From positions 37,957-101,956 of the forward strand of contig CAYYIP010000003.1 of the NCBI GenBank assembly GCA_964472015.1: a stretch of DNA of 64,000 bases, in the 5' to 3' direction. Source of the DNA: an uncultured Hyphomicrobiales bacterium (GTDB lineage: Bacteria > Bacteroidota > Ignavibacteria > Kapaibacteriales > UBA2268). How positions within the stretch are numbered: the stretch's first letter is position 1; each line of letters begins with the position of its first letter. This document shows, one piece after another, positions 43,301 to 53,772 of this stretch. The notes beneath the pieces were generated by a model. That model was not told the origin of the DNA. It was given only the letters and a program-made list of their open reading frames with translations, and searched no databases. The position numbers and the translations under genes are program-made.

Positions 43301-45012
43301 ATCAAGAGTTAGGTTATTTTAATGCTTATTTTAGATATAATGATGAAAATATCCATGGTCATGCTAGAATGTTTAGTTTAACAGATAAAGAATTATTAGC
43401 ACTTATTGTAAAGACAATTCCTATTTACATTGGATTAGATAGAAAAAAAAGCATATTTAAAGAAAATAGTGATATAGATTTGAGTGTAATGTTAAATAAA
43501 TTACCAGCACAAATTTTATCACCTTTTATACCAATGGTAGATAATTTAAAAGGAATAATTGATGGGAATGTTAATTTAGGAGGTTCTTTCCCTGATAAAT
43601 TTACTTATGATGGAAATGTAACACTTGAAAATTTTACTTTAAGATTATTACCAACTAATATATTTTATTCAGTTTTTGGAAATATTAAAATAGAAACTGA
43701 TAAAATTTATTTTTCAAATTTAAAAGTAAGGAATAGTACTACAGATCTTAAAAATGGTGAAGCATTTATTGATGGAATGATAAAATTAGATAATTTTAGT
43801 TTAGGTTCAATGGATTTTTCATTATCTACAAAACAATTTTTATTATTGAATGATCAAACAGCAACTGTAATGCCTTGGTTATATGGTAAATTAATTATAG
43901 CTACAGATGGTGTACCTATAAGATTTTATGGTGATTTAAAAAAGCCTAATTTAACGGGTTCAATATTAATTTTAAATTCTGAATTAAAAATGCCACAATT
44001 ATTAGAAGGAAGTATTGTAAAACGTGATACTAAATTCAAATATATAAATAAAGATACATTAAGATTAGTTATTGTATCTTATACAGAGCCGCTTGATTCT
44101 AATAAACAAGGTATTAATGAAGACAATAATATTGTTAAAGCTAATAAAGATTTTATGGATTTATTAAATATAGATATATCTGCTAAGATAAAACGTTTTT
44201 CTGTTTTACTCGATTTGGGTGGAATTGGTCAAATATTTGCTAAAGTTGGGACTACAAATCCATCTGAACCAATTAGATATATAAAGGAAAGAGATAAAGC
44301 AGAAGCTCAAATTTTAGGAGGTTCATTATCTGTTCTTGATGGTTCTAGTGTTCAAATTATCCGTTCTATGGCAGCTAAAGGTACTATATATTTTCCTACT
44401 GCAAAATTATCAAAACCTAATTTTGATTTAATAGCTGAATATAGTGGTAAAATGTTAAATACTAATAATAGTTATGATAATTTCAGTGTATTTGCTAAAA
44501 TTACTGGGACTACAACTAATCCTAATTTAGTTCTTTCTTATTCTATTAATGGGGTAGAGGCAATGGGAGATAAAAAACAAATAGAAGAAAATGCGTTTAT
44601 TCTATTAACTACTGGGAAATTAAATGGATATGTTAATGAATCTCAAAATTTGGTAAATGAAGGTGCAAGTATTGTAGCATCACAATTAGCATCAAGAACG
44701 TTAACTGATTTACTTATTAGAACAGGAGTTGTTCAAAATGCTAATTTACAATTTGAAAGTGAAAATATAAATTCGGCAACTGTTAAAATAACAGGAACAT
44801 TAGGTGAATTTGCTAATTGGACTATAGGAGGAAACATAGCTGATATTACTTCAAATTATAATATTTCTATTGATATTCCTATTGTTATTAAAGCTAGTGG
44901 ATTTAATAACTTAATGTTGCAATTATCAAAGTTTTCAGGTTTGAATACTGCTGCTTTTGATAGAGATGCCAAATTTTGGGAAATTAAGTTGAAGTTAGAT
45001 GGTAGTTGGTAA
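40330..45012 (+). CDS. giant membrane-anchored N-rich protein, TamB/AsmA-like (putative translocation-and-assembly-module subunit)
   Basis: One N-terminal TM helix (SILIICMFLILFIVIISYSSS), then 1500 aa of beta-rich low-complexity sequence typical of Bacteroidota TamB homologues. No direct motif proof. Confidence 0.4.
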   Translation: MNNEVSKKDIKDKVGSKQKQSLLRNIFNFMVKSILIICMFLILFIVIISYSSSVRHYFLNKITDVVNEFLIADVEISDIHIIKFNGIALQHVRVITAGDTLAYIPEIEININFEKIFLGIIDVNFIQLQAPRIKLLRSFQDSVWNYNKIINPSKNIEETTSPSKLKINIGELILNNAYFVMWDSTAEYKSAGHIHYDKLALKELNLYAKNISVNLENMNIEANIVNLAAYEIPSNFRIHKFSGKAKIDNNSIELKSTKIVLDNANFDFDARMSNFSIFGNGNRNIAKVDMFLELTGNDIDLIFIDNFVIIPVRLGFVKNIEILASGTLMDLNVQKLILNTNDSHIYLTECRLTNLLNTDSFSYKGILDCTNISRMDISDMLKNIDLSAVPNFKKVLINNTKFYGTKDSVYADLDFKTFIGNVKGNVGIGFGRQPFSYDINLDLRKINLSDILNNKKFSSNINANFYLKGYGINSGNIFANAKIELKRSDFLGFNFLESNILIDAIGDSLIIHDFSLQKLNIPNTNIQIDNSKFGGTEVIYRNLINNQELNYDSKISINGGINFKSFDMLHLILNIDLEHIELLDIIHKVTDVEYKNLPTVIDSKIKLDITSFDIDNMIGNFDIDFQRLEFRNKNMLPLTISGAIDMQDTLNHKIELNIDNIFNNILYLSVNGKYYFTELLNDISTHFNGNYNFISNKINNFFEQIKTDTNTIIDNKNIKYITLNKNNANVIFQVRDIDWLNIFIPEFESNSSIIDVKFNFNSNYLYSNLNVDSIKIKNLNIKYKNFNAVIDNIIINGENNINILDSVANLENLYCVIKDGRGINISGSALDSIELNANINKQQLNINFIGTYNNIIKSKLVGEINFKDTTNSEVIFDTLEINFNKQKWHNTDKIIAFLLPNGIDIYNFNIERDNKEKLFLKGILNGDTIDNVSLTLNNFEFNDLQSILNLNNKNNFDIFAKLDTLKVLVNGTLNSPLIDLSLFVDDIRYINQELGYFNAYFRYNDENIHGHARMFSLTDKELLALIVKTIPIYIGLDRKKSIFKENSDIDLSVMLNKLPAQILSPFIPMVDNLKGIIDGNVNLGGSFPDKFTYDGNVTLENFTLRLLPTNIFYSVFGNIKIETDKIYFSNLKVRNSTTDLKNGEAFIDGMIKLDNFSLGSMDFSLSTKQFLLLNDQTATVMPWLYGKLIIATDGVPIRFYGDLKKPNLTGSILILNSELKMPQLLEGSIVKRDTKFKYINKDTLRLVIVSYTEPLDSNKQGINEDNNIVKANKDFMDLLNIDISAKIKRFSVLLDLGGIGQIFAKVGTTNPSEPIRYIKERDKAEAQILGGSLSVLDGSSVQIIRSMAAKGTIYFPTAKLSKPNFDLIAEYSGKMLNTNNSYDNFSVFAKITGTTTNPNLVLSYSINGVEAMGDKKQIEENAFILLTTGKLNGYVNESQNLVNEGASIVASQLASRTLTDLLIRTGVVQNANLQFESENINSATVKITGTLGEFANWTIGGNIADITSNYNISIDIPIVIKASGFNNLMLQLSKFSGLNTAAFDRDAKFWEIKLKLDGSW

Positions 45013-45155
45013 ATATTTTTACTTGAAGTTAAAATATATTAAACAGAATAGAATTTTATTTTAGATAGTTTTATGTGTAAATATGTTATAAATAAAAATG
45101 GCACAATAATTGATTATAATTACTTTGTTATTTAATAATTACTAAAAATATCATT

Positions 45156-46163
45156 ATGGTTAAAAAGAATTTGGATTATGTAAATAAAAGTATAATGCAA
45201 AAAAAAATAAAAAATGCAGATCATAAAATAATATGTATTGATGGCGGTGGAACAAAAACCAAAGGAGTTTTATTTATTGGTAATAAAATTTCAGCAGAGT
45301 ATCAAGTAGGTACAACTAGATTAGGGGCAGTTGGACAAGGTGAAGCCTGTACAAGAACTTTGAATGTAATGGTTGAATTATGTAAAAGAGCAAATATTAA
45401 AATTTCAGAGATAGATATTTTTGTTGTTGGTATTGCAGGAGTATGGTTAGATATAGAAAAATCACGTTCTATTAATTTAATTAAAACATTAGCAAAATCA
45501 GAAGGTTATTCTATTAATGATTTAATAGTAACAAGTGATGTGGAAATTGCTTTTGAAGGTGCTTTTGATAATGAATCAGGTATTGTTACTATTGTAGGTA
45601 CTGGTTCTATTGGATTAGCAAGATGTAAAAACAACAATATGGTTAGATGTGGTGGTTGGGGTATAGAATTAGATGATGAAGGAAGTGGTGCATGGGTTGG
45701 TCGTGAAGGATTAACTGCTGTTATGCGTGCTATTGATGGACGAGGGGATCAAACGTCATTAATAGATAAATTAAAAGAAAATATTGTTGGATTTAATATT
45801 GAAAATCCTCGTAGTATTGTTAAAGCTTTTAATGATAAGGTTTTTGAATATCAAACGATTACACCTTGGGTAATGGAATGTGCAAAGAAAAAAGATGCTA
45901 TTTGTAATGATATTATGAAAAGAGCTGCTTCTCATTTAACTCAATTACCAAAAACTTTATTAAAAAATTTTAATGAGAATGAATATCCGGTTAAGCTAGC
46001 TTTAATGGGTGGAATAATTGATAATAATACTTTATTAAGTGAAATGCTAATAAAAGAATTAAATAAAGTTAAAAATCTAAACATAATAACTCCAAGGGGA
46101 AATTCTATTGATGGTGCTAGAAATATAGGATTAAAAGTTATTAAAGAGATTTATAATAATTAA
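45156..46163 (+). CDS. BadF/BadG/BcrA/BcrD-type ATPase (N-acetylglucosamine-kinase-like)
   Basis: ICIDGGGTKTKGVLF phosphate-1 motif and VGTGSIG phosphate-2 motif of the ASKHA superfamily. Confidence 0.7.
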   Translation: MVKKNLDYVNKSIMQKKIKNADHKIICIDGGGTKTKGVLFIGNKISAEYQVGTTRLGAVGQGEACTRTLNVMVELCKRANIKISEIDIFVVGIAGVWLDIEKSRSINLIKTLAKSEGYSINDLIVTSDVEIAFEGAFDNESGIVTIVGTGSIGLARCKNNNMVRCGGWGIELDDEGSGAWVGREGLTAVMRAIDGRGDQTSLIDKLKENIVGFNIENPRSIVKAFNDKVFEYQTITPWVMECAKKKDAICNDIMKRAASHLTQLPKTLLKNFNENEYPVKLALMGGIIDNNTLLSEMLIKELNKVKNLNIITPRGNSIDGARNIGLKVIKEIYNN

Positions 46164-46244
46164 ATTTTCATATTTTTATTTTTTAATTTTCAAAAATAGT
46201 TAGGTTAAAAACATTTTTATAAATATTTTATAATTTAAAATATT

Positions 46245-46535
46245 ATGCAATTAATACCAGATGAATTAGAAGATATTATTGTAGAAACTGAATTAGATGA
46301 TTATGTAAATTTTGAATCTAGAGTTATCTTATTTAATGATGAAATACATACATTCGAAGAGGTTGTTAGACAAATAATTAAAGCCATATCGTGTTCCTTA
46401 GAGAAAGCAGAAGAATTAACATTAAAAGTACATACGCACGGGAAAGCAACTATATATGAAGGTAGAATTTCAGAAAGTTTACGTGTTAGTAGTGTTCTTG
46501 AAGAAATAGGGCTAATTACTCGTATAGAATGTTAA
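46245..46535 (+). CDS. clpS: ATP-dependent Clp protease adaptor ClpS
   Basis: ~96 aa; VILFNDEIHTFEEVVRQIIKAI matches the ClpS core. Confidence 0.8.
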   Translation: MQLIPDELEDIIVETELDDYVNFESRVILFNDEIHTFEEVVRQIIKAISCSLEKAEELTLKVHTHGKATIYEGRISESLRVSSVLEEIGLITRIEC

Positions 46536-46596
46536 TAATTTATCTTATATATTAATTATTTAAATATAATTATAGTAATAATGATTATATGAACTT

Positions 46597-47901
46597 ATGA
46601 ATAAACGTATCTTGTCGCTTGTAATTCCTAATATTATAACTAATATAACAGTGCCTTTATTAGGGATGGTAGATCTAGCAATTGCAGGTCATATAGGCGA
46701 TGAAACTTTTATAGGTGCAATTGCTATTGCAACTATGATATTTAATATGATATATTGGAACTTTGGTTTTTTACGAATGGGAACTACAGGGTTTACCGCT
46801 CAAGCTTATGGTACAAAAAATAAAGATGAAGAAGCCAAGATATTATTTAATGCTTTATTTATAGCACTTAGTATTGCAATTTTATTAATTATTTTACAAC
46901 TTCCTATATTAAATTTTTCCTTTCTTTTAATTCCTAATAATTCTCATATAAAGGATTTAGTATCTCAATATTTCTTAATAAGAATATGGGCAGCGCCTGC
47001 AGTTCTTATATTATATGTTATAAAAGGTTGGTTTATTGGTATGCAAAATTCTAAACAACCTATGTGGATAGCAATTGTTATTAATATTATGAATATTTTA
47101 TTTAGTATAATATTAGCTGTGATTTATGGTATGGGAATAAAGGGAGTGGCATTAGGAACGGTAATTGCTCAGTATAGTGGATTATTACTTTGTATTATTA
47201 TTTTGTTTACTCAATATAAAGATATATTAATAAAAATAGATATTAATACATTTTTTAATAAATATGAATTAGTAAAATTTTTCAAAGTTAATACAGATAT
47301 ATTTTTACGTACGATTTGTTTAATTTTAGTATTTACATTTATTCCTTCCGAAGGCGCTAAATATGGTGATTTAGTTTTAGCAATTAATACTTTATTAATG
47401 CAATTTTTTACCTTATTTTCTTATATAATGGATGGATTTGCATATGCTGGTGAAGCTTTAATTGGACGCTATATTGGTGCAAAAGATAAAAAATCTTTAA
47501 TATCTGTTGTAAAAAAATTATTTTTATGGGGGATAAGTATAAGTATAATATTTATTATTATTTATGCTTTATTTGGGCAACAATTATTATGGATATTTAC
47601 AGATCATATAAATGTAATACAAGCAACAAATGAATATTATTTTTGGGTATTAGTTGTTCCTTTAGCTGGTTTTTCTGCATTTCTTTGGGACGGTATATAT
47701 ATTGGTGCTACAGCATCTAAGTATATGAGAAATGCTATGTTTATTGCAACTTCAATATTTTTTATTATTTATTATTCGTTAAATTCTTATATGGGAAACA
47801 ATGCTTTATGGGTTGCATTTATTTCATATTTATTTTTTAGAGGATTAATGCAGTATATATATTCAGGGGAAGCGATATTTAATGATAAAAATTTTCAATA
47901 A
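46597..47901 (+). CDS. MATE family efflux transporter
   Basis: 12-TM profile, ~434 aa, N-terminal VPLLGMVDLAIAGHIGDETFIGAIAIA typical of NorM/DinF MATE proteins. Confidence 0.8.
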   Translation: MNKRILSLVIPNIITNITVPLLGMVDLAIAGHIGDETFIGAIAIATMIFNMIYWNFGFLRMGTTGFTAQAYGTKNKDEEAKILFNALFIALSIAILLIILQLPILNFSFLLIPNNSHIKDLVSQYFLIRIWAAPAVLILYVIKGWFIGMQNSKQPMWIAIVINIMNILFSIILAVIYGMGIKGVALGTVIAQYSGLLLCIIILFTQYKDILIKIDINTFFNKYELVKFFKVNTDIFLRTICLILVFTFIPSEGAKYGDLVLAINTLLMQFFTLFSYIMDGFAYAGEALIGRYIGAKDKKSLISVVKKLFLWGISISIIFIIIYALFGQQLLWIFTDHINVIQATNEYYFWVLVVPLAGFSAFLWDGIYIGATASKYMRNAMFIATSIFFIIYYSLNSYMGNNALWVAFISYLFFRGLMQYIYSGEAIFNDKNFQ

Positions 47902-48070
47902 TATATATATGTGCATAAAAATAATAGATTTATAATAATTTTTAAAATTAATTTTATTATATTATATGTAATTTTACAATTTTAATTTTTAGAAATGTAT
48001 TTTTAGTTAATTTAATATAGATTATTCAAAATATTTATGTAATTATATTTTATATTTATTAGGTTTATTT

Positions 48071-51000
48071 ATGTATAAAAATAAAAAGATATTTTTAAGT
48101 TTATTATTGTTTATAAGCAGCATTTGTTTTATATACTATGCTAATGCTGCTACAACAATATCATATCCAGAAAATAATTCTCATTGTATTCAAAAAGAAG
48201 TAAATTTTATATGGAGTAATTCTGATACTGATATTGAAGGGTATAAACTTATTGTTAGTCGTTATTCAACTTCTTCTAATGAATTTATTCCATATTTAGA
48301 GGAAGAATTTAGTTTTTCTACTACTTCTGTGTTATATTTATTGTTAGAATCAAGTTTATATGAATGTAAAGTTATTACATTTTATAATTCAGCAGGTAAA
48401 TTACCAGATACTACAGAAAATATAATCTTTTCTACTGAACTTTCGGAAATGGAGATAAATTTTATATCAAAAAGTGATATATATTGTGCTAAAAATCTTT
48501 ATGAAGTTAATGGTAATATTTATTCTGATTTTGATATAGAATGGGAATATTCTTGTTTGGCTAATACAGATGGAATTAGTGTTAGAATGATATTTGAAGA
48601 TTTAACTACATTTGAAATTGATACAACAGATTTTATACCTATTGAGTTACTAAGAAAAGATGGAGCACTTTCTCTTAAATGTGGTGTATATTATTGTATT
48701 AGAATGCAAGTATCATCAAGTATTGATATGCATTGTAATTTTATTATACAGGATTCTATTATTATTAAAGTAGTAGAAACATTAGATACACCAAAATTTA
48801 CAAATTTATCTATTTTAGATGGGGCAAATTGTGAATCTATTATTCCTGTTTTTAAATGGCAAGAAATTGATTCAATGAAAATTTCAAAGATAAAATATTT
48901 TGTTGAAATTTCTGAAACGGAAAATTTTGAGAATATCATAGACGAATTTATTTCTACGTCTGATTCTGTTCAAGGGTTTGTTAATAAATTTAATCATACT
49001 TATTATTGGCGTATTTTAGCGTTAAATGAGCAAACTAATTGTAGGTCAGAATATTCTGCTGTTCGTTCTTTTACTACTTTACCAGAGCCTGTTGTTTTAC
49101 GCACTCCTTTAAATGATGTAATAGGATCGGAAAATTTTGAATGTATTAATTCTAATGGAATTAGATTTACTTGGGAAAATAAAAATAATTTAAATGAAGG
49201 TGAATATCATTATATAATTCAACTGTCTACTTCTGATCTATTTATTGATAGTACTATAATTGTAGTTGATACTATTACTGATGAAAATAATTGTAATTTT
49301 GAATTAATATTAAATTCTGATATTTCTAATAAAGATATATTTTGGCGTGTAAAAGCATTACTTATAAAAGATAGTTTAGAATGTGAATCTTTCTGGAGTG
49401 AAATGAGATATTTTAAAGCACCATATAATACTCCAAATATTATTTATCCTTCTTCACAAGAAATGTGTTTTAGAGGTAATTTACCTTTTAAATGGAATAG
49501 AGTACAAGGGGAAGTTGGTTATGAAATTTATTTATCTGAAGATAAAACTTTTAATGATTCAACTAAATTAAAGATTATAAAAGTAGATATTAATTTAGAT
49601 TCTGTTTTTGTTGATTTTGATCTAAAAAATGAAACTGATTATTACTGGAAAATCAGAGTTATTGACAGCATAAATAATAGTTTATTTTCACCTGTTTCTT
49701 CTTTTAGGACGGTTACAAATACAACTATATTAATTAGTCCAGATGATAATACCTTAGGAATAGCAACACCTATTTCTTTTGTATGGGAAGAACGTTTAGA
49801 TGCTTTTTATAGATTTCAATTATCATTACATAAAGATTTTTCTGAAATTTTATTGGATACTAATTTAATACAAGGTAATCTATCAATAAATATGAAGTCT
49901 AATAATACTACTTATTATTGGCGAGTTGCTGTTATACCTTTAAGTGATGTTTTATGTCCAAGTAATTTTACAGAGCCATTTATGTTTACAACTAATTTAG
50001 CAGCACCTATTCTTTTAAATCCTGAGAATGAAGTTGTTTTAGAAAAAAATGAAGCATTTTTAATTTGGGAAGCAGTAGAAGCAGCTACAAAATATGAGTT
50101 ACAAATTGCAACAGATACTAATTTTACTGAAAATTTAGAAAGTTTTGTTAATATAATCAATACTTCATATGAAAAACATTCTTTGAATGAATTTAAAACC
50201 TATTATTGGCGAGTCAAAGCTTTAAATGAAAGTATTGAAAGTGTTTGGTCAAATTATTTTACTTTTACAACAGGACTGGAAACACCAAGTATTCCGATTT
50301 TAATAGAACCTATTAAAGGTATTAAAAAAGTTTCTATTACGCCTACTTTTGTATGGAGAGCTTGTTCAAATGCTAATTATTATGAGTTAGAATATGCTAC
50401 CGATCCTAATTTTACAAAAAAAGTTGTTATTATGAAGGAAATTTTTGATACAGTTTATACATTTACCGAACCGCTTGATAATTACACTTTATATTATTGG
50501 CGAGTTCGTGCAATAAATGATACTTTAATTAACGATAAGCATTATGAATTATTTAGTGCTTGGAGTGACTTATGGACTTTTAGAACAATTAAGAACATTC
50601 CATTTGGAAAAATTAACTTGTTAGAACCTCTTAATAATGCTAGTGAATTGATTTGGGATGAAATTAATCTAGTTTGGGAACCACTAGATAATGCTGATTA
50701 TTATAAGCTTCAAATTTCTAAATTTAAAGAATTTAATAATTTTATTGTTAATTCATCAAAAGTTTCGGGAACTAAATATTCTACTTTAAGATACCTAGAT
50801 ACAAATAGTACTTATTATTGGCGAGTATGTGGTGAAAATGAAGCTGGAACTTCTGATTGGTCAGATATATGGTGTTTTTCAACTTCACATTTATTAGCTA
50901 TTTATAATACTAATATATTTGAAGGTATTAGTTTAACTCCTAATCCAGTATATGAAAACATAAATATAGAATTTATTGCTTTACATAATATAGATGCTAC

Positions 51001-51175
51001 TATTTCTATTGTCAACACTCAAGGTATAGAAGTTAGTAGTATAAATGGTTCTTATTTAGCAGGTAACAATATAATAAATCTTAATGTTTCAGGTTTCACA
51101 AGTGGAACTTATATTTGCTATATTATGTCGGGTGGGAAAATTATAGCAACAAGTCAGTTTGTTGTTGTTAAATAA
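48071..51175 (+). CDS. secreted protein of ~10 tandem FN3-like repeats with T9SS type-A C-terminal sorting domain
   Basis: Signal peptide. A Y-Y-W-R-V/I motif recurs about every 100 aa (HTYYWRILALNE, DIFWRVKALL, DYYWKIRVID, TYYWRVAVIP, TYYWRVKALNE, LYYWRVRAIND, TYYWRVCGENEAG). C-terminal LTPNPVYENINIEFIAL...ISIVNTQG is a T9SS CTD. Confidence 0.6.
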   Translation: MYKNKKIFLSLLLFISSICFIYYANAATTISYPENNSHCIQKEVNFIWSNSDTDIEGYKLIVSRYSTSSNEFIPYLEEEFSFSTTSVLYLLLESSLYECKVITFYNSAGKLPDTTENIIFSTELSEMEINFISKSDIYCAKNLYEVNGNIYSDFDIEWEYSCLANTDGISVRMIFEDLTTFEIDTTDFIPIELLRKDGALSLKCGVYYCIRMQVSSSIDMHCNFIIQDSIIIKVVETLDTPKFTNLSILDGANCESIIPVFKWQEIDSMKISKIKYFVEISETENFENIIDEFISTSDSVQGFVNKFNHTYYWRILALNEQTNCRSEYSAVRSFTTLPEPVVLRTPLNDVIGSENFECINSNGIRFTWENKNNLNEGEYHYIIQLSTSDLFIDSTIIVVDTITDENNCNFELILNSDISNKDIFWRVKALLIKDSLECESFWSEMRYFKAPYNTPNIIYPSSQEMCFRGNLPFKWNRVQGEVGYEIYLSEDKTFNDSTKLKIIKVDINLDSVFVDFDLKNETDYYWKIRVIDSINNSLFSPVSSFRTVTNTTILISPDDNTLGIATPISFVWEERLDAFYRFQLSLHKDFSEILLDTNLIQGNLSINMKSNNTTYYWRVAVIPLSDVLCPSNFTEPFMFTTNLAAPILLNPENEVVLEKNEAFLIWEAVEAATKYELQIATDTNFTENLESFVNIINTSYEKHSLNEFKTYYWRVKALNESIESVWSNYFTFTTGLETPSIPILIEPIKGIKKVSITPTFVWRACSNANYYELEYATDPNFTKKVVIMKEIFDTVYTFTEPLDNYTLYYWRVRAINDTLINDKHYELFSAWSDLWTFRTIKNIPFGKINLLEPLNNASELIWDEINLVWEPLDNADYYKLQISKFKEFNNFIVNSSKVSGTKYSTLRYLDTNSTYYWRVCGENEAGTSDWSDIWCFSTSHLLAIYNTNIFEGISLTPNPVYENINIEFIALHNIDATISIVNTQGIEVSSINGSYLAGNNIINLNVSGFTSGTYICYIMSGGKIIATSQFVVVK

Positions 51176-51210
51176 TTCTAAAAAGTAATTTTATATTTTA
51201 AATAAAAATA

Positions 51211-51242
51211 AAAAAGGCAATTAAATTTAGTTGCCTTTTTTA
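51211..51242 (+). terminator. rho-independent terminator (aaggcaa-10 nt loop-ttgcctt followed by T6)
   Basis: Stem 51214-20 / 51231-37, T-run after; follows the FN3-repeat gene. Confidence 0.6.
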
Positions 51243-51483
51243 TTTATGTATTTTTTATAATTACTAATAGTTTGTACTGTATTTTATTGTTTAATAAAAT
51301 CAGATATAAACTTATATTTTGAATTTAAAATATTTTTTAATTGTATTAAATTTTATAAATGTTATTTAAAAGGAATGAAATAATAGTTATTTTTTTTATT
51401 TTTGTATTAAAAAACAAAAAAAATTATTAAATTTAAACATTAATAAAAATAAAATATTAGAATATTTTCAAACCAAAAGCAAA

Positions 51484-53772
51484 TTGTATATGTTTAATCT
51501 ATTTCAATCTTATACTTATAATGATAAAAAACGAGAAAAATATAATGATTCGTCTATATTAGATGATATTTATATAATTAATAATGATCAAAAACGATAT
51601 TCCTTTTATTTGAAAATACTTATTATACTATCAACAATATTGATATGTTCTTTTTTTTCAATATTTAATTTTATAAATACATCTAATAAAACTGATATAT
51701 TAAGATTAGAAAATGGTAGTATATGGACAGCACCTACTTTAGTAGCTGATTATAATTTTTCAGTATATAAATCTGATTTACAGTATAATGCAGAAGTTCA
51801 AAATGCGAAAGACAGTGTACAGCAAATTTTTATATTAGATGCTTTTGCTGAACAAAATTCAATAGAAATTATATCCTCTTTATTGCAACAATTATCGTTT
51901 AATATGGATAATTTATTTTTGTTAGACTATGTTTCAAATGATAAATTACAAAAATTTAATGCTCTACCATATGAAATAAAAAAGAAAGAGATTGAAAAAT
52001 TAAATAAAAAAATAATACCATATATAAAGTTAATATATAAACGAGGATTAATAAATACTTCATTAGATAAAATAACGACTAATAATATAATAACAGTAAA
52101 AACTTCACCTAATCAAGAATATTATTTAGAAAAAGGAAATTTATTTGATAGACAATTATTATCAATAAATACACAATTATTTATTTCAAAATTATTTACT
52201 GAATCAACAGGTGAATTTATAGCAGAGTTATTGCATAAACTTATACAATCTAATCTTATATATTCCGAAGAACTTACAGAACGTTCTATGAAATATGCTG
52301 CAAATTCAGTTAAAAAAACATTAGCAGTTGTTCATAAAAATGAAATTATAATAAAAAAAGGAGAACGTTTAGATGATAATAAAATTCAAAGAATAAAATC
52401 TTATTATGTTAATTTAGAATATGCTAGTCAACAAAATTATACATTTATTTATGTAGTTGGCGGAATTGGACATGTATGTTTAGTTTTGTCTTTTTTATTA
52501 TTATATTTTATCATTATAAGACGAGAAATTTGGCATGATAATTATCATTTAATGTTAATTATTTTACCTGTTATATTAGTTTGTTTTTTAGGATGGATGT
52601 CTTATCAATATGAATTGGTGAATTCAAGTATTCCTTTTGAATATCTAATTATTTTACCAGCTTGTTCTATGTTTATTGCTATAGTTTTTGATATAAGAGT
52701 TTCATTTTATACTACAGTTTCAATGGCATTTTTATTAGCTTCTGTACGAGGTAATGATTATAATATTGGTTTAATTATGCTATTTGCAGGAATGATAGCT
52801 GCATATTCTGTTCGGAAGATACAAGATAGAAATCAATTATTTACTTCTATAATCTTTATCTTTATAGGTTTTTTATTTCCAATTATAGCAATAGGTTTAG
52901 AAAGAGGTTTAGATATTAATCAAATTATGCCTCAATTGTTATTTGCATTGCTAAATGCCATAACTTCTCCTATTATACTATTTTTTGCAATATTATTCTT
53001 AAATAAATTTTCTTATTATATATTAACTGATATAAAATTAAAAGAATATGATAATGAGAACCTTCCTATTTTGCTTGAAATGAAAAATAAAGCACCAGGA
53101 ACTTTTGAGCATTCACGTGCAGTTTCTGTTCTTGCACAAAAATGTGCAGAAGTAATAGATATAGATGTTCTTTTGATAAAAGTAGGTGCTTTATATCATG
53201 ATATAGGGAAAATAAATCATGCTGAATATTTTACAGAAAATAAAGAACAATTTGCAGATAAACATAAATTTTTAATTCCACAAAAAAGTGCCGAAATGAT
53301 AAAAAAACACGTTTTAGATGGAATTGAAAATGCAATAAAAATTAAATTGCCTAAGAAAATAATAGATTTTATTCCTATGCATCATGGTACAACTTTGATA
53401 AAGCATTTTTATAATGTCGCTGTAAATGAAGCAAATGAAAAAGGAGTTACTATACAAGAAAGTGATTTTAGATATCCAGGTCCTAAACCAAAAACAAAAG
53501 AAACAGCAGTATTAATGTTATGTGATTCTGCAGAAGCTATATCTAAGTCAGTTTCTGATATTCAACAGTTTTCTAAAATATTTAATGAAGTAATTGATGA
53601 TAGAATTGCGGATGGTCAATTTGATGATAGTAATATAACTTTAGGTGAAATACGTAAAGTTCGTAATGTTATAATTGATGATATTAGAGGCAAATTACAT
53701 ACTCGTACTAAATATGCAGTTATAAAAGAAAAAAATACATTAGAAATAAAATTTGAAGGTAAAAATAATTAA
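51484..53772 (+). CDS. 7TM-receptor HD-domain phosphohydrolase (7TMR-HD / PgpH-like)
   Basis: N-terminal extracellular region, a central block of about 7 TM helices, and a C-terminal HD domain (HSRAVS...LYHDIGK...MHHGT). Confidence 0.75.
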   Translation: MYMFNLFQSYTYNDKKREKYNDSSILDDIYIINNDQKRYSFYLKILIILSTILICSFFSIFNFINTSNKTDILRLENGSIWTAPTLVADYNFSVYKSDLQYNAEVQNAKDSVQQIFILDAFAEQNSIEIISSLLQQLSFNMDNLFLLDYVSNDKLQKFNALPYEIKKKEIEKLNKKIIPYIKLIYKRGLINTSLDKITTNNIITVKTSPNQEYYLEKGNLFDRQLLSINTQLFISKLFTESTGEFIAELLHKLIQSNLIYSEELTERSMKYAANSVKKTLAVVHKNEIIIKKGERLDDNKIQRIKSYYVNLEYASQQNYTFIYVVGGIGHVCLVLSFLLLYFIIIRREIWHDNYHLMLIILPVILVCFLGWMSYQYELVNSSIPFEYLIILPACSMFIAIVFDIRVSFYTTVSMAFLLASVRGNDYNIGLIMLFAGMIAAYSVRKIQDRNQLFTSIIFIFIGFLFPIIAIGLERGLDINQIMPQLLFALLNAITSPIILFFAILFLNKFSYYILTDIKLKEYDNENLPILLEMKNKAPGTFEHSRAVSVLAQKCAEVIDIDVLLIKVGALYHDIGKINHAEYFTENKEQFADKHKFLIPQKSAEMIKKHVLDGIENAIKIKLPKKIIDFIPMHHGTTLIKHFYNVAVNEANEKGVTIQESDFRYPGPKPKTKETAVLMLCDSAEAISKSVSDIQQFSKIFNEVIDDRIADGQFDDSNITLGEIRKVRNVIIDDIRGKLHTRTKYAVIKEKNTLEIKFEGKNN

